A stretch of 64,000 nucleotides of DNA from Lytechinus pictus. Taxonomy: Eukaryota. Numbering within the stretch: the first letter of the stretch is position 1; every line of letters starts with the position of its first letter. The notes under the pieces were generated by a model that did no database searches, was not told the origin of the DNA, and saw only the letters and a program-made list of their open reading frames with translations. Of this stretch, positions 1 through 11,170 are shown piece by piece. The translations under genes were made by a program, and so were the position numbers. The DNA lies in the NCBI RefSeq assembly GCF_037042905.1, contig NC_087248.1, positions 13,888,001 through 13,952,000 on the forward strand. Direction: 5' to 3'.

Positions 1-20
1 TAAAAAAAAAAAACACGATA

Positions 21-1885
21 TGATTATGACAAGATGAAAATTGTCCAACTTTTTCCCGCTACTTTAATTTACAATTATGCAGTAAATTATCAGAGACTTA
101 GGGGTTGTTGCAAGAAAATATTTGCGATCAATTGCAAATATTCTGTTGCAATTTTACAACTGATAGATCAACGTTAGTTATAGCAAATAAGATTAAACTT
201 CTTGTTTCAAGGAGCAGATTAGCAATCAATCACTAATCTGCAATTAACTGTAGGACATATGATAGACTTTCAGTTGATCGCAAGTTTCTTGCAACACCCC
301 ATAATTCAGTTACACTTATTGTACAAGTGATTGTATACCGTATATATTTCTATGCATGGTTGAGACGGGTTAAATATTTATATAGTGACGAGATAAGATT
401 ATGACATGACAGGATGATAATTATTAAAGGATATTTTACAATAAACATATGACAATATAATATAACAAGATTGTATTAAGATAATACGACAAGATAGGGT
501 AAGATCAGAGGATAAGATCATGCAGATTAAATGGCAAGATAAGATAAGATAGCCTAACATAACAAGACTACAAGATAAGATGATATGACGAGACAAGAAA
601 AAGACACGGTCGAGAGTCTGTAAGAAGGCCATGAAATAGCGTTATTTTCTCCGAAGTCCGGATTTCGTCTGGAATTCTTTATAATGTAATATGTTGTTTG
701 TATTTATCCAAGTTTTTAACCTAGGCTGACTTCATTTTGTGTGAGCTATTGTGGAAGAGGGTGAGAGTTATAAACTGAGGAAGGTGTGCGTGTGTTTTGC
801 AGGTGGGTGTGTGAGTTGGGGTATACTCGGGTGCGTGCGTGCATGTGTGCAAGTTTATATTTTTTATTCAAATTTTTCGAACTTAATATTTCTATTCTTT
901 TTTTTTTCAATCATTGCCTCACTCTTCTTTGGAGTGTACGGGAAATTGTGGCTCTAATTGGTGATGAATTATTTATTCCCCATATCCCAATATGATATTG
1001 GGTAAAAAGCTCTTATGGGGCACTGAAATGCAAATCAAGCAAAAGTCTTTTGATTGAATGCAAAATCTGCATCTCAACTCTCTTCCAATTAACTTCCATT
1101 ACTATTGATTTTGGACTTAGCTTAATATGATTGACAAGGTTTACTCTTTTAACGTTTGCACACACACACATACACCCGCCCTCACACACACACACACACA
1201 CCCCCACACACACAAATTTAATATAACGCCATGCAAAAGAGAAGAAAAGCTAGACTATGATTGTGTTGTAAGGTTACTTTTTTTTCTTGAATTTCAATAC
1301 ATCATAGTTGCATGTATAATATGGGATAAACCTGACAACAGGAAGTATTATGACATAGTGTGATTACGTATAAAAAGATATTATTATGACTAGATAAAAT
1401 TGTCAAACTTTTTCCCGCTACTTTAAGTTACAATTATGTAATAATGGATTATCAGAGAATTATACACTTACGCTTATTGTACAAGTGACTGTATGGTTAA
1501 GACAAGTAAAGATATCATGACGAGATTAGATTATGACGACAGGGTAATTCCGACAAGATATTTTATATTTATATATGACAATATAATATGACAAGATGAC
1601 ATGACGGGATAATAGGAAAAGATAGGATAAGATCACAAGATAAGATAACAGGATAAGCTCAGATCAAATGGCAAGATAAGATAAGATAGCCTAATAACAA
1701 GATAAGATAAGATGACGAGATAAGGTCCCAATATAAGACACATCTAGGGTCTGTAAGAAGGCCCTAAAATAATTCTTTATTATGTTGTTGGTATTTATCA
1801 AAGTTTGTGACTTGAACTGACTTCATTTTGTGTGAGCTATTGTGGAAGAGGGTGAGAGTTATGAACTGATCAAAGTGTCCGTGTG
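21..1885. repeat. Old local direct duplication (~21-790 vs ~1380-1885) containing (ATAAG)n-like and (GT)n simple repeats
   Basis: Shared blocks such as aactttttcccgctacttta and tgtgagctattgtggaagagggtgagagttat. Confidence 0.75.
101..300. mobile_element. MITE
   Basis: TIRs ggggt(t)gttgcaagaaa / tttcttgcaacacccc. Absent from the duplicated segment at ~1380-1480. Confidence 0.7.
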
Positions 1886-2139
1886 TTTGTGTGCATGGTG
1901 CGAGTGTTACGCGCGCTGGTGCGGAGGGTATGTGAGTTGGTGTATAGTGGGGTGTGGGTGTGTATGTGTATAAATGACTATGCGGTAGGGTGGTGTGGGT
2001 GGATGCGATTTGGGCTGTATTACGTATTATCTCGAGTCAATGCGAATCTAACTCAACTAAATGATGATAAACAGCGAGGTTGAAATGGGAAGCAAAATGA
2101 ACCATTCAACAAATAATTTCTAAAAAAGAATCCGATGGT

Positions 2140-3393
2140 TTATGAGTTTGGTGAAAGTTCAGGATTCCCTTTTCCATGAAGATGTATGTAACACACGGTC
2201 GTAAACACAAGTCCAATAGCTAGAAATGATATTATGGAAATTATGATGGCGACGATTTTCTTTACATTTTGTACCCATTCATAAAAAAGTTTCTTGACCA
2301 AAGTGCAATTAGCACTTGGCCCTATGGAAGCTGCAAATTTGCGTAGTTTGGAGGTTTGTTTCGGTGGTAACGTTGTGATTTCAGCTTGCGTTGACGTTGA
2401 AGCAGTTGGCACACTCAAGACCAATTTGGCACAATTCAAAATTGTAGAATAGTTGGAAACCTCAATGAACGATGTACAAGTATTCAGGTCTCCGAGTACG
2501 TTCAACGTTCCTGTGATGTGGACGTTTGGTTTTTGATGAGAGTTATGTTTACAGAGGAACTCTGTGTGATTCTCAAAAGAAGGAATATATAACAATCCAG
2601 TATCATTGTCTTGGATATGGAACCATATTGGATGTGTTTTTCTATTTCCATTGCAGCGTTCAAACACTATCTTATCTTTATTATTTAGAGAGTCCATTGG
2701 TTCTTCAAAAGAAGCAACCCTACACGTCTGGTTTATCATATTCTTTCTATATGTCACCCTGCTTGGTGAATTGTTTGTGTGAAACAATATTTTTTCAAAA
2801 TTTAGAAGCAACGTGAAGCTATTTTCAGAATTGTAAATATCTTGATAATCATTGTCAGATGTTATATTGGAAAGATTCGTTTTCATTTCATCCTCATCCA
2901 ATGGTTTGCAAGACATCGTGACTGTTTTAGTAGTATTCTGAAGAAGCTCTGTGGAAGGAGAGGGGTCGGTAACGGTCAAATTCAGGTTTAAAATGATACA
3001 TTTACTTCTTGATCTATCATGCAGCTTTATTACATGATGACCTGTGTCATTATTCTGAGCATCTTCAATGAATATTGTGACTTTGGTTTTATTTTGTATT
3101 TCTGGAATCAATTTGTAACGTTCAAGGCCGTCTTCCGATCCGGAGCACTGCAGATCATGGGTGCAGATCACTTCCCACATCCTCCCCCTTTTTCGCCATA
3201 ATAGCGAATGGTTCTTGCCGAGTGGTAGATTTAGATATAGACTGAGAGAAACATTCTGCCCTCTGACGACACTTAACGTTTTATCTTCTCTGGGTGCACA
3301 GCTACTACTAGCTGATACAAATGTAAGCTGCCATACCATAAGACCAAAGAGCAGCATCTTCCATCCAAGTTTGACAGTATCCTGACGATGCAT
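2140..3393 (-). CDS. Intronless type-I membrane protein with N-terminal non-canonical V-set Ig-like domain; short cytoplasmic tail (Ig receptor copy A, ~417 aa)
   Basis: ATG at 3393 (the ORF track starts at an upstream TTG). Signal peptide (MLLFGLMVWQLTFVSA), V-set hallmarks (GQNVSL, LLWRK, ERYKL, IFIEDAQNNDTG), many NxS/T sequons, S/T-rich stalk, TM helix IVAIIISIISFLAIGLVFTTVCY, ~15-aa tail. Paralog of 5357-7456. Confidence 0.8.
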   Translation of the reverse strand: MHRQDTVKLGWKMLLFGLMVWQLTFVSASSSCAPREDKTLSVVRGQNVSLSLYLNLPLGKNHSLLWRKRGRMWEVICTHDLQCSGSEDGLERYKLIPEIQNKTKVTIFIEDAQNNDTGHHVIKLHDRSRSKCIILNLNLTVTDPSPSTELLQNTTKTVTMSCKPLDEDEMKTNLSNITSDNDYQDIYNSENSFTLLLNFEKILFHTNNSPSRVTYRKNMINQTCRVASFEEPMDSLNNKDKIVFERCNGNRKTHPIWFHIQDNDTGLLYIPSFENHTEFLCKHNSHQKPNVHITGTLNVLGDLNTCTSFIEVSNYSTILNCAKLVLSVPTASTSTQAEITTLPPKQTSKLRKFAASIGPSANCTLVKKLFYEWVQNVKKIVAIIISIISFLAIGLVFTTVCYIHLHGKGNPELSPNS

Positions 3394-3553
3394 TGTCAAT
3401 GGATAAGACTCAGAGATGCGAAATTATAACCCTATTGATCAACGTCGATTCGTGAAATAATCACATATTTTTCTGGATTCAAAACAGCGTAAGTCATTAG
3501 CATGATGCTGGTAGTGAATAGTAAAAGTAAATCCTTCAAGTATATATCGAGTA

Positions 3554-3863
3554 CAGAAGCGGATCTAGAGGGGGTGTTGGGGGGGTTGCAACCCCCCCCC
3601 CCCAAAAAAAAAAAAAAAAAAAAAAATCCGGGGACCATTTTTTTAAATCTTATCTTTTTTTTAAACTTGTAATTTTATTAGATGCAAGAAAACGCCATTT
3701 TCACACACAGATTTTCAAAAAATTTCCCTATTGTGGGAGGGGGAACACCCCCCTCCCACACCCTCCCCCCTCGCTCGCTCCGCTCGCTTGGACTCGGTCG
3801 CTACGCTCCCTCGCATACCACCCCAACCCCCCCCCCCTTTATAAAAAGCTGGATCCGCCCCTG
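3554..3863. mobile_element. CAG-ended MITE with 5-bp TSD, just upstream of Ig copy A
   Basis: cagaagcggatct... / ...ggatccgcccctg, with GAGTA on both sides. Confidence 0.7.
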
Positions 3864-5356
3864 GAGTATGCATGTTTTCCTCACAGTCATTAACATAGAC
3901 TTTTGAAAGTGAACCATGTAGGCGGACGACTTTGAAAAAGAAAATGCGATTGGCTACAAATTACAAGTAGTCACGCTGGATGGCACTGGTTAGTTCTTCT
4001 TTGCGATGAGTCAAAACAGCGTATTCAAAATCGAAAGAGCGCGTCGACCAAATCGAAAGTATGCAACAGGTAAAATGCTCCGCCATTGGAAAGAAAAGCT
4101 CATGCCCTCGTGAAGTATATTGAAACTTAGTATTGTTTCGAAGATTTTGGTCCTTGAAGAACTACCTTAAACAATATACTGAAAATCGTCTAAACAATCA
4201 AATTAATCTAGATAAAGAGCTCCATTCTGGTTTCCAATTGTCTCTTGACCGATTAACCATATATAGGGATGCTCATTGGACGTGTTTGAATGTTTTATTG
4301 ACAATTTGATCTGTCTACATGTACCTAAGGCGTGAACTGGTCCATTAATATCTTAATGAATTTGAAATGAATATTTGATTGTTTTGTTTTAATGTCTTGG
4401 AACCTTTCTCAGAGGCTTTATCAACCATAAAATTTACGCTGAAATCATTGGCTACATTTTGATATTATACACTTTTTTTCTTCAGATCCGCCACGCGAAA
4501 AAAAAAAATGCTGTCAACAGTGATAAGAAAAACTAAAAATAACCGTGTGTAGATTTATGTTACTCCCTCAACGAAAATTTTCCATTGTTTTTGCAAGAGA
4601 TGATTGGTATTAAAATGATTTTTATGGTTTGAATCCGAAAGACAATAAACATCTCTACCACATCAATCATACTAATCGGTTTTGTGATAGATATAACAAC
4701 CGTGAAGGTCTCGTATACAAGACAAATGTACTTGTTTGTATGTAATTATTTGAAGGAGGGTGTCCAACAATATACTTCAATATGTCAAAATTTATCAATT
4801 CAAAGCAGTCTATTTGATATTTTCTGTCACTTCACCTGCTTGTGACACTGTCATGTCCCGGGGACGTTCTTTCATAGGTAGTGTATCCTTCTGATACTGT
4901 CCTGCCATCTATTATCTAATTGTCTTTTGATTGGTTCGAGTACTATTGCTTAAACTTATAGCGGACGAAACAAGAAATGTGGGTACAAGAAAACAAACCA
5001 AACTTTTCAATCAGTTGTAGGACAAACACTTTTATTTAGATTTTTGTTGAGCTATAGCAGAAAAACACTGATCAAGTAACTGGCGACCAAGCACCATTTG
5101 TATTTTTCGTATCAAACTTTTTTACAACATGCGTGGATTACTTCCAATGGAGTGATAATGATTGAAGGGGATACATTAATTCCATACATACTTCAGGACA
5201 TGTCATTTCTTGAACATCCACATAATGCTAAATAATTTAGGTGACTTAGAATGATATTGCACACCTTAATAATTCCAAGGAACTGTTGATCAAATAATTA
5301 AATACGATAGTAACAATGCTTCTCTGAATCGACTTGTCTGAAAATTATAATTCACA

Positions 5357-7456
5357 ATGCGTCACCACCATAGCTTGACACTTGGATGGAAAATGTTGTT
5401 CTTTGGACTTATGTTGGATCAACTTACATTTGTATCAGCTAGTAGTAGCTGTGTACCCAAAGATGATAAAACGTTAAGTGTCGTCAGAGGGCAGAATGTT
5501 TCTCTCAGTCTATATCTAAATCTACCACTCGGCAAGAACCATTCGCTATTATGGCGAAAAAGGGGGAGGATGTGGGAAGTGATCTGCACCCATGATCTGC
5601 AGTGCTCCGGATCGGAAGACGGCCTTGAACGTTACAAATTGATTCCAGAAATACAAAATAAAACCAAAATCACAATATTCATTGAAGATGCTCATAATAA
5701 TGACACAGGTACTCATGTAATAAAGGTGCAAAGCGGAACAAGAATCAAGTGTACGATCTTAAGCCTGAATTTGACCGTTACCGACCCCTCTTCTTCCACG
5801 GAGCCTCTTCAGAATAATAGTAAAACATTTACAATGTCTTGCAAACCATTGGATAAGGATGGCATGAAAACGGCTCTTTCCAATATAAAATCTGACCATG
5901 ATTATCAAGATATCAACAATTCTGAAAATAGCTTCACGTTACTTCTAAATTTTGAAGAAATATTGTTTCACACAAATAATTTTCCAAGCAGGGTGACACA
6001 TAGAAAGAATATGATAAACCAGACGTGTAGGATTGCTTCGTCAGGAGAGCCCTTATACCCTCTGAATGATAAGGATAAGATAGTGTTTGAACGATGCAAT
6101 GGAAATAGGAAAACGCATCCAATATTGTTCCATATCCGTGACAATGATACCCGATTATTTTATAATCCTTTTTCGGAGAATTACACAGAGTTCCTCTGTA
6201 AACATAACTCTCATAAAAAACCTAACGTCCACATCAGAGGAACGTTGAACGTACTCGGAGACCTGAATACTTGTACATCGTTCATTGAGGTTTCCAACTA
6301 TTCTACAATTTTGAATTGTGCCAAATTGGTATTGAGTGTGCCAACTGCTTCAACGTCAACGCGAGCTGAAATCACAACGTTACAACCACAACAAAACATA
6401 TCTACAACCCCTACAAAAATGTCGGCAGAAACTATCAGTACAGAGAAAGGAGGTGATGAACAACAATACATAGTAATTTTAATCTCAGTTGCATCAATAT
6501 CCGTCATTGCACTTGGATTCTCAGTTGCCTCGTGTTTTTACAAATACAAATTAGTAAGCGGAAGAGGAAACCTTACTGACCATCGAATGAACTTCAAAGC
6601 TGCACATCAGGATGCAGAACCTGTCCAAAGCAATTCTTCTCAGGATTTGTCGCAACACGGTAACAGGGGAACTGTGATATCAGAGAATCCGATTGAAGCT
6701 TCAAGTGACAAAGGAAAGCATGGACATGGTCCAGCTTCATCTGGATGTCAGAGTGAAACTCACGCTAACGAACCACATTCGACACCCTCAGGGTCTGTCA
6801 AGGATCACACCAGACTTCGAGGATTGCCTGATCTTGGGGAAGCAGCTACTTCTACCGACAAGGTGTCCAATAATAAAAACACTCATGTTGATTATTCAGA
6901 AACTATCTATTGCTCTTTGGATGGTTCTGAAGACGAGGGTAACGCTGAAACACGGCCCCCACTTCAATGTTTATCGAGTTCGTTGTTGAGTAGATATGAC
7001 GCCCAATGTGAAGAAGATGCTCCAGATGTAAAGAGTCCTCCTTCGTCACCTAAGGACCTTGGGGATCGGATTGAGCTAAATAATCCCTTTTATGGAGTCA
7101 TTCCTCTACCTTCATCAGGTAAGTCAGATGACCTGACTAGAAACGAAGGAAATCATTCCCTTTCTGACAAAGAATTGCCGTCCTGTATTGCACATACAAA
7201 TACAGGAGGAAGGAATGCGTCGGCCTGTAGTGTCCTGGTGAGGCCAGAAATCGAAGCCTTGTATGCCAAACCCGACAAAAACCGAAAGAAAAAACAGTCA
7301 GATGCTCTTTTAGCCTTGCCCAATTCTTGTCAAGCGGAGTCGACCATTGTAGACATGGATTGCTATTATGTAAACGTTCCGGCAGCCAACAATTCAAGAA
7401 GTTCTACTACGATTGTTACTCGAAAGAGTGATTGCATATATGAATCCTGTGATTGA
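5357..7456 (+). CDS. Intronless type-I membrane Ig-like receptor with ~300-aa cytoplasmic tail carrying tyrosine motifs (Ig receptor copy B, 699 aa)
   Basis: Single ORF: signal peptide, ectodomain paralogous to copy A, TM YIVILISVASISVIALGFSVASCFY, then a low-complexity tail with TIYCSL, NPFY, LYAKP, YYVNV and IYESC. Confidence 0.85.
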   Translation: MRHHHSLTLGWKMLFFGLMLDQLTFVSASSSCVPKDDKTLSVVRGQNVSLSLYLNLPLGKNHSLLWRKRGRMWEVICTHDLQCSGSEDGLERYKLIPEIQNKTKITIFIEDAHNNDTGTHVIKVQSGTRIKCTILSLNLTVTDPSSSTEPLQNNSKTFTMSCKPLDKDGMKTALSNIKSDHDYQDINNSENSFTLLLNFEEILFHTNNFPSRVTHRKNMINQTCRIASSGEPLYPLNDKDKIVFERCNGNRKTHPILFHIRDNDTRLFYNPFSENYTEFLCKHNSHKKPNVHIRGTLNVLGDLNTCTSFIEVSNYSTILNCAKLVLSVPTASTSTRAEITTLQPQQNISTTPTKMSAETISTEKGGDEQQYIVILISVASISVIALGFSVASCFYKYKLVSGRGNLTDHRMNFKAAHQDAEPVQSNSSQDLSQHGNRGTVISENPIEASSDKGKHGHGPASSGCQSETHANEPHSTPSGSVKDHTRLRGLPDLGEAATSTDKVSNNKNTHVDYSETIYCSLDGSEDEGNAETRPPLQCLSSSLLSRYDAQCEEDAPDVKSPPSSPKDLGDRIELNNPFYGVIPLPSSGKSDDLTRNEGNHSLSDKELPSCIAHTNTGGRNASACSVLVRPEIEALYAKPDKNRKKKQSDALLALPNSCQAESTIVDMDCYYVNVPAANNSRSSTTIVTRKSDCIYESCD

Positions 7457-8197
7457 CTCCCGTTGATGATATAACTCGGCCTATTGGCACATTCCTCTAT
7501 ACTTGATAACTAATTGATAACCAATTAATGTAACTAATAATGTAAGGATGACGCTATGGCATTTCGATAGACGATAAACGACCTATTAACGTCTTATTTT
7601 CCTTAGTTTGAACTAGACGGGATATAGGCATGATAGGATAGTATACTTATACGACCCATGCGGACCTCTGTTTGGGGCACTCATCCGTCTTCTGTCTTCA
7701 TCTTCTTTTTTATTGGGAGGAGTGCGTCTTTTTCTCCTTTTTTCATGACTAATTAATAAAAATCATAGGGGTCGCCCGCAACATGTCCCTAGCATGTGGC
7801 GCCGCCAAACCAATTCGCATAATCATGCACTATTTTGTGAAATAAGTCATCGCTATTGTATGATGTGTTCATTGCTGGAATGCTACTATGCTTTTTTTGG
7901 CGTAAGACAATATTCCTCGATAAATGGTAGGCCCTAAAGCAATGATTGTGATCGTAATGTCGTCTGAATTGTCGCATGTTGAATAGCTATTCTTCATGAT
8001 ATGTGTTAATGTATGTTATAAGTAGAGGACACTGTAGCCTTATGTAAGAGACATTCCATCTCGTAAGCCGAATGACTTTGGAAGCGGATTGAATTACGAT
8101 GGATAGAAACGTGGTTTGGTCAATAAAAGAAAATGCACATTATTGTTTTTTTCGACATGTCGTGGGATAACATACTAATGCCATACATGTATTATAG

Positions 8198-8395
8198 CCC
8201 TATTCGACGGTCTAGTGGTCTGACTCTCGTCTATAAAACAGAGGGTCGTGGGTTGGATTCCAAGCCATAGCTTGTTTTCCCGTCAAAAAGACATTTATCC
8301 TAATAGCACTGCACTCGACCCAGGTGAGGTGAATGTGTACCAAGTAGGATTCATTCCTTGAACGCTTTAATCGCGCTATGGAAGCTCAGCTATGA
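8198..8395 (+). mobile_element. Degenerate tRNA-derived SINE
   Basis: A-box-like ggtctagtggtc, B-box-like gggttggattcc, and the ctcgacccaggtg...tacc core seen in deuterostome SINEs. Confidence 0.6.
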
Positions 8396-8523
8396 TATCT
8401 GAGGGCCGTTTCTTAAAGCTGTTCGTAAGTTAAGACCGACTGGTGAACTTTTCTTACGCGCTATATAATCATCCAAGAACATTTTATTTTAACGAACAGC
8501 TTTATGACATACCCACCTGGGGC

Positions 8524-8753
8524 CACTAGCGTACCTACGGGGGGGGGGGGCAGGGGGGCACTCTGGTACGAAATCCTTTATTTGTGATCGAAGACCTTTT
8601 TTTTTTTTTTTTTTTTTTTGCTTGTCAATTTTTTTTCTGGTACGAAATCCTTTATTTGTGATCGAAGACCTTTTTTTTTTTTTTTTTTTGCTTGTCAAAT
8701 TTTTTGGCGGACGGTTTTGCCCCCCCCTGTGGAAAATCCTAGGTACGCCACTG
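8524..8753. mobile_element. hAT-like MITE with 8-bp TSD
   Basis: cactagcgtacct / aggtacgccactg, TSD CCTGGGGC at 8516-8523 and 8754-8761. Confidence 0.8.
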
Positions 8754-8929
8754 CCTGGGGCAATAATATGACACCAGGTTCTAGTGTATATGCATATATA
8801 TATGTATAGTGACTGTACTATATAAATGGATTATTATTATTACTACGTCGTATGCATGTCATACCAATAACTTATATTCATTCTTATTTAATTATTACTT
8901 GTGCTTTAATCCTTGGACCCCGTGGAAAA

Positions 8930-9800
8930 ACAGTAGGGGAAGGCGGGTTAAGTTGTGACACTTTTTGCATTTTGCATGATAGAATTGATATGACTAATAA
9001 TATTGTAGAAATAAGTACCTTGCCTTTAAATATGATTCTTGGGAAATCTTTTTCACCTATATACAACTTTCTACCCCCACACTGAAAGTCGTTGTGACCT
9101 TTGAAAAAAACGACGTCAAGTGGCACAACTTGCCCCATCTATGGGGTAAGTTGTGCCACCTTCGAGGGTAAGTTGAGCCACAAAAACTATGTACAAAATG
9201 TATGCGGGAAGAACCAGCATGTCAATTTTTTATTTAAAGTCTTTTCACTTGCTAATTCTCTAAAAATACCAACATTCTCTAAAAGTAAAAGAACTGTCAT
9301 GTGAATTTGCTCTTTTCTGCCTGCATATCGATGGCTTTTTAAGGTTTGATTGTGTTTTTGTTTACATTACCATAAGAATTACCATGGCTCAACTTACCCC
9401 ATGTTTGCTGGCTCAACTTACCCCAGTCCGAACTTAATGCGATAATTTCGCATCCACACATTTCTTATGTATCCATCATGTAAAAGACTGTGACAAGAAT
9501 GAAGATCCATACCTGGACTGACAATGTTGTTCTTATGCTTTATTATATGTAAAGAAGTGTGTGTGTAAAAAACACTTATCTATTTCACACCCTTTTTTAC
9601 TTTTTTGGCTGAAATTTGTATTTTTCCCTCTAAAAATATACTTTTTGTTTCAAAGTTGAAAACAATGTGGTGGGGTTAATGGTTATGTAATGGGTCATCA
9701 ATACATGACACCACCATAATGTCTGACTCATTCATTATTGGCCTGGGGGCGGTGGCTCAACTTGCCCCTATGCTCAACTTACCCCGCCTTCCCCTACTGT
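8930..9800. mobile_element. Non-autonomous TIR DNA transposon
   Basis: acagtaggggaaggcggg.taagttg / caacttaccccgccttcccctactgt, with internal repeats of ctcaacttacccc. Confidence 0.8.
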
Positions 9801-10408
9801 CTATCGGCAGAGCTGAACTGGGTGTTCTTCCGATTTCACTATTTATCATGTCTCTTTGATATTGTTGTTTCTTTGTATATGTTTGTTCTAACTTGTTATT
9901 TTTATATCTTGCTTTTATATGTTCATGTTTTTTTATTGTGAATTTCGGAGAATGAATAAATATAAACATAGGTTGTTTCGTATGACATGTACGATGTTTA
10001 AAAGGTTTTCAGTAAAGTTGGTTTCCCTGATTTTTGAAATTGTTTTGTTAATAGGCATGACTACCAGCTCGTTGCTATCCCTACTTGCCGTACAGCTATC
10101 GAAGTTTTCGGAGAGCATAAAAGAAAAGTATAATAATACAGGCCAATGCATGTTTCAGTCAGTCAAAGATATTGGAGTAAAGTAATGAATTAATTCTCTC
10201 TCCTCCATTTCACAGTATAAATGCAATCACAGCGAACATATCAGTAAAATTTTCTTTTAAAAATGTCATCACTGATTCATCGTTAATTTTAGTCAGAATC
10301 ATTTTCAAAAGTTGATGCTCGGTTGACTTTTCATTTTAGATGTCCCGGACATTTGGTCTAAATTTTAGCTTCTAAAATTTTAGGCCCGCAAGAACGGGCC
10401 TAATTTAT

Positions 10409-11032
10409 ATCGTGTGAGTAAAAAAATGACACCTCACAAATCCCCGATTTAAGGAAGAAATATGTCATGAACACATAATCATGATATCTAGCTGGAAAGA
10501 GTATTCCTTCCAAAATAATTTGATACTACCTTTATGTGATATGTCTTCACGCTTGGATAATCAGTAGGTATTATTTGCATTGATGTAAATTCTGATTTGC
10601 GCCAAATTAAGGCATGACAGCAATGAATGAATCAAAATGCCAATGATGTCATGATCTGACATGATTTAGTAAACATATTTTGCAAATCCCTTTTAAATGA
10701 AATCAACTTGAGAATTGATACTAAAAAGTGTTTATTAAACAATTGTAATGTAAACTATTGAAAAGGTGTTTTGAAATGTATTTTAATGCAACCCTTGGTT
10801 ATGATTATGACATCATCTGGATTCATTCATTGCAGCCATGCCTTACTTTGGCGCAAATCAAAATTTATATCACTACAAATAATACCTACTACTTATCCAA
10901 GCGTGAAGACATACCACATTATTTTGGAGAACTTGTTCTTTCATGCCATATAATTATAATAATTATGTGTTCGTGACATATTTTTCCTAAAATTGGGAAT
11001 TTGTGAGATGTCTTTTTTTTACTCACACGGTA
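10409..11032. mobile_element. Tc1/mariner-like MITE with long inverted arms
   Basis: cgtgtgagtaaaaaaa...cacaaat / atttgtg...ttttttactcacacgg(ta). Arms are complementary over >150 bp. Confidence 0.7.
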
Positions 11033-11170
11033 AATCCAACCCAATCTACCCAATTCCAAAGACAATTCTGGCTACCAGTTTTACTATGTTTTCATACTGC
11101 AAACGGCAGGGTATAAAAGCCTGCCTAAAGCTGAGTAAGTTTTCAATATTTAGTTAGTTTGGAGTATCGT

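Noticed and set aside
8198-8290. tRNA gene
   Set aside because: Degenerate cloverleaf that continues into a SINE core, so called as a SINE.
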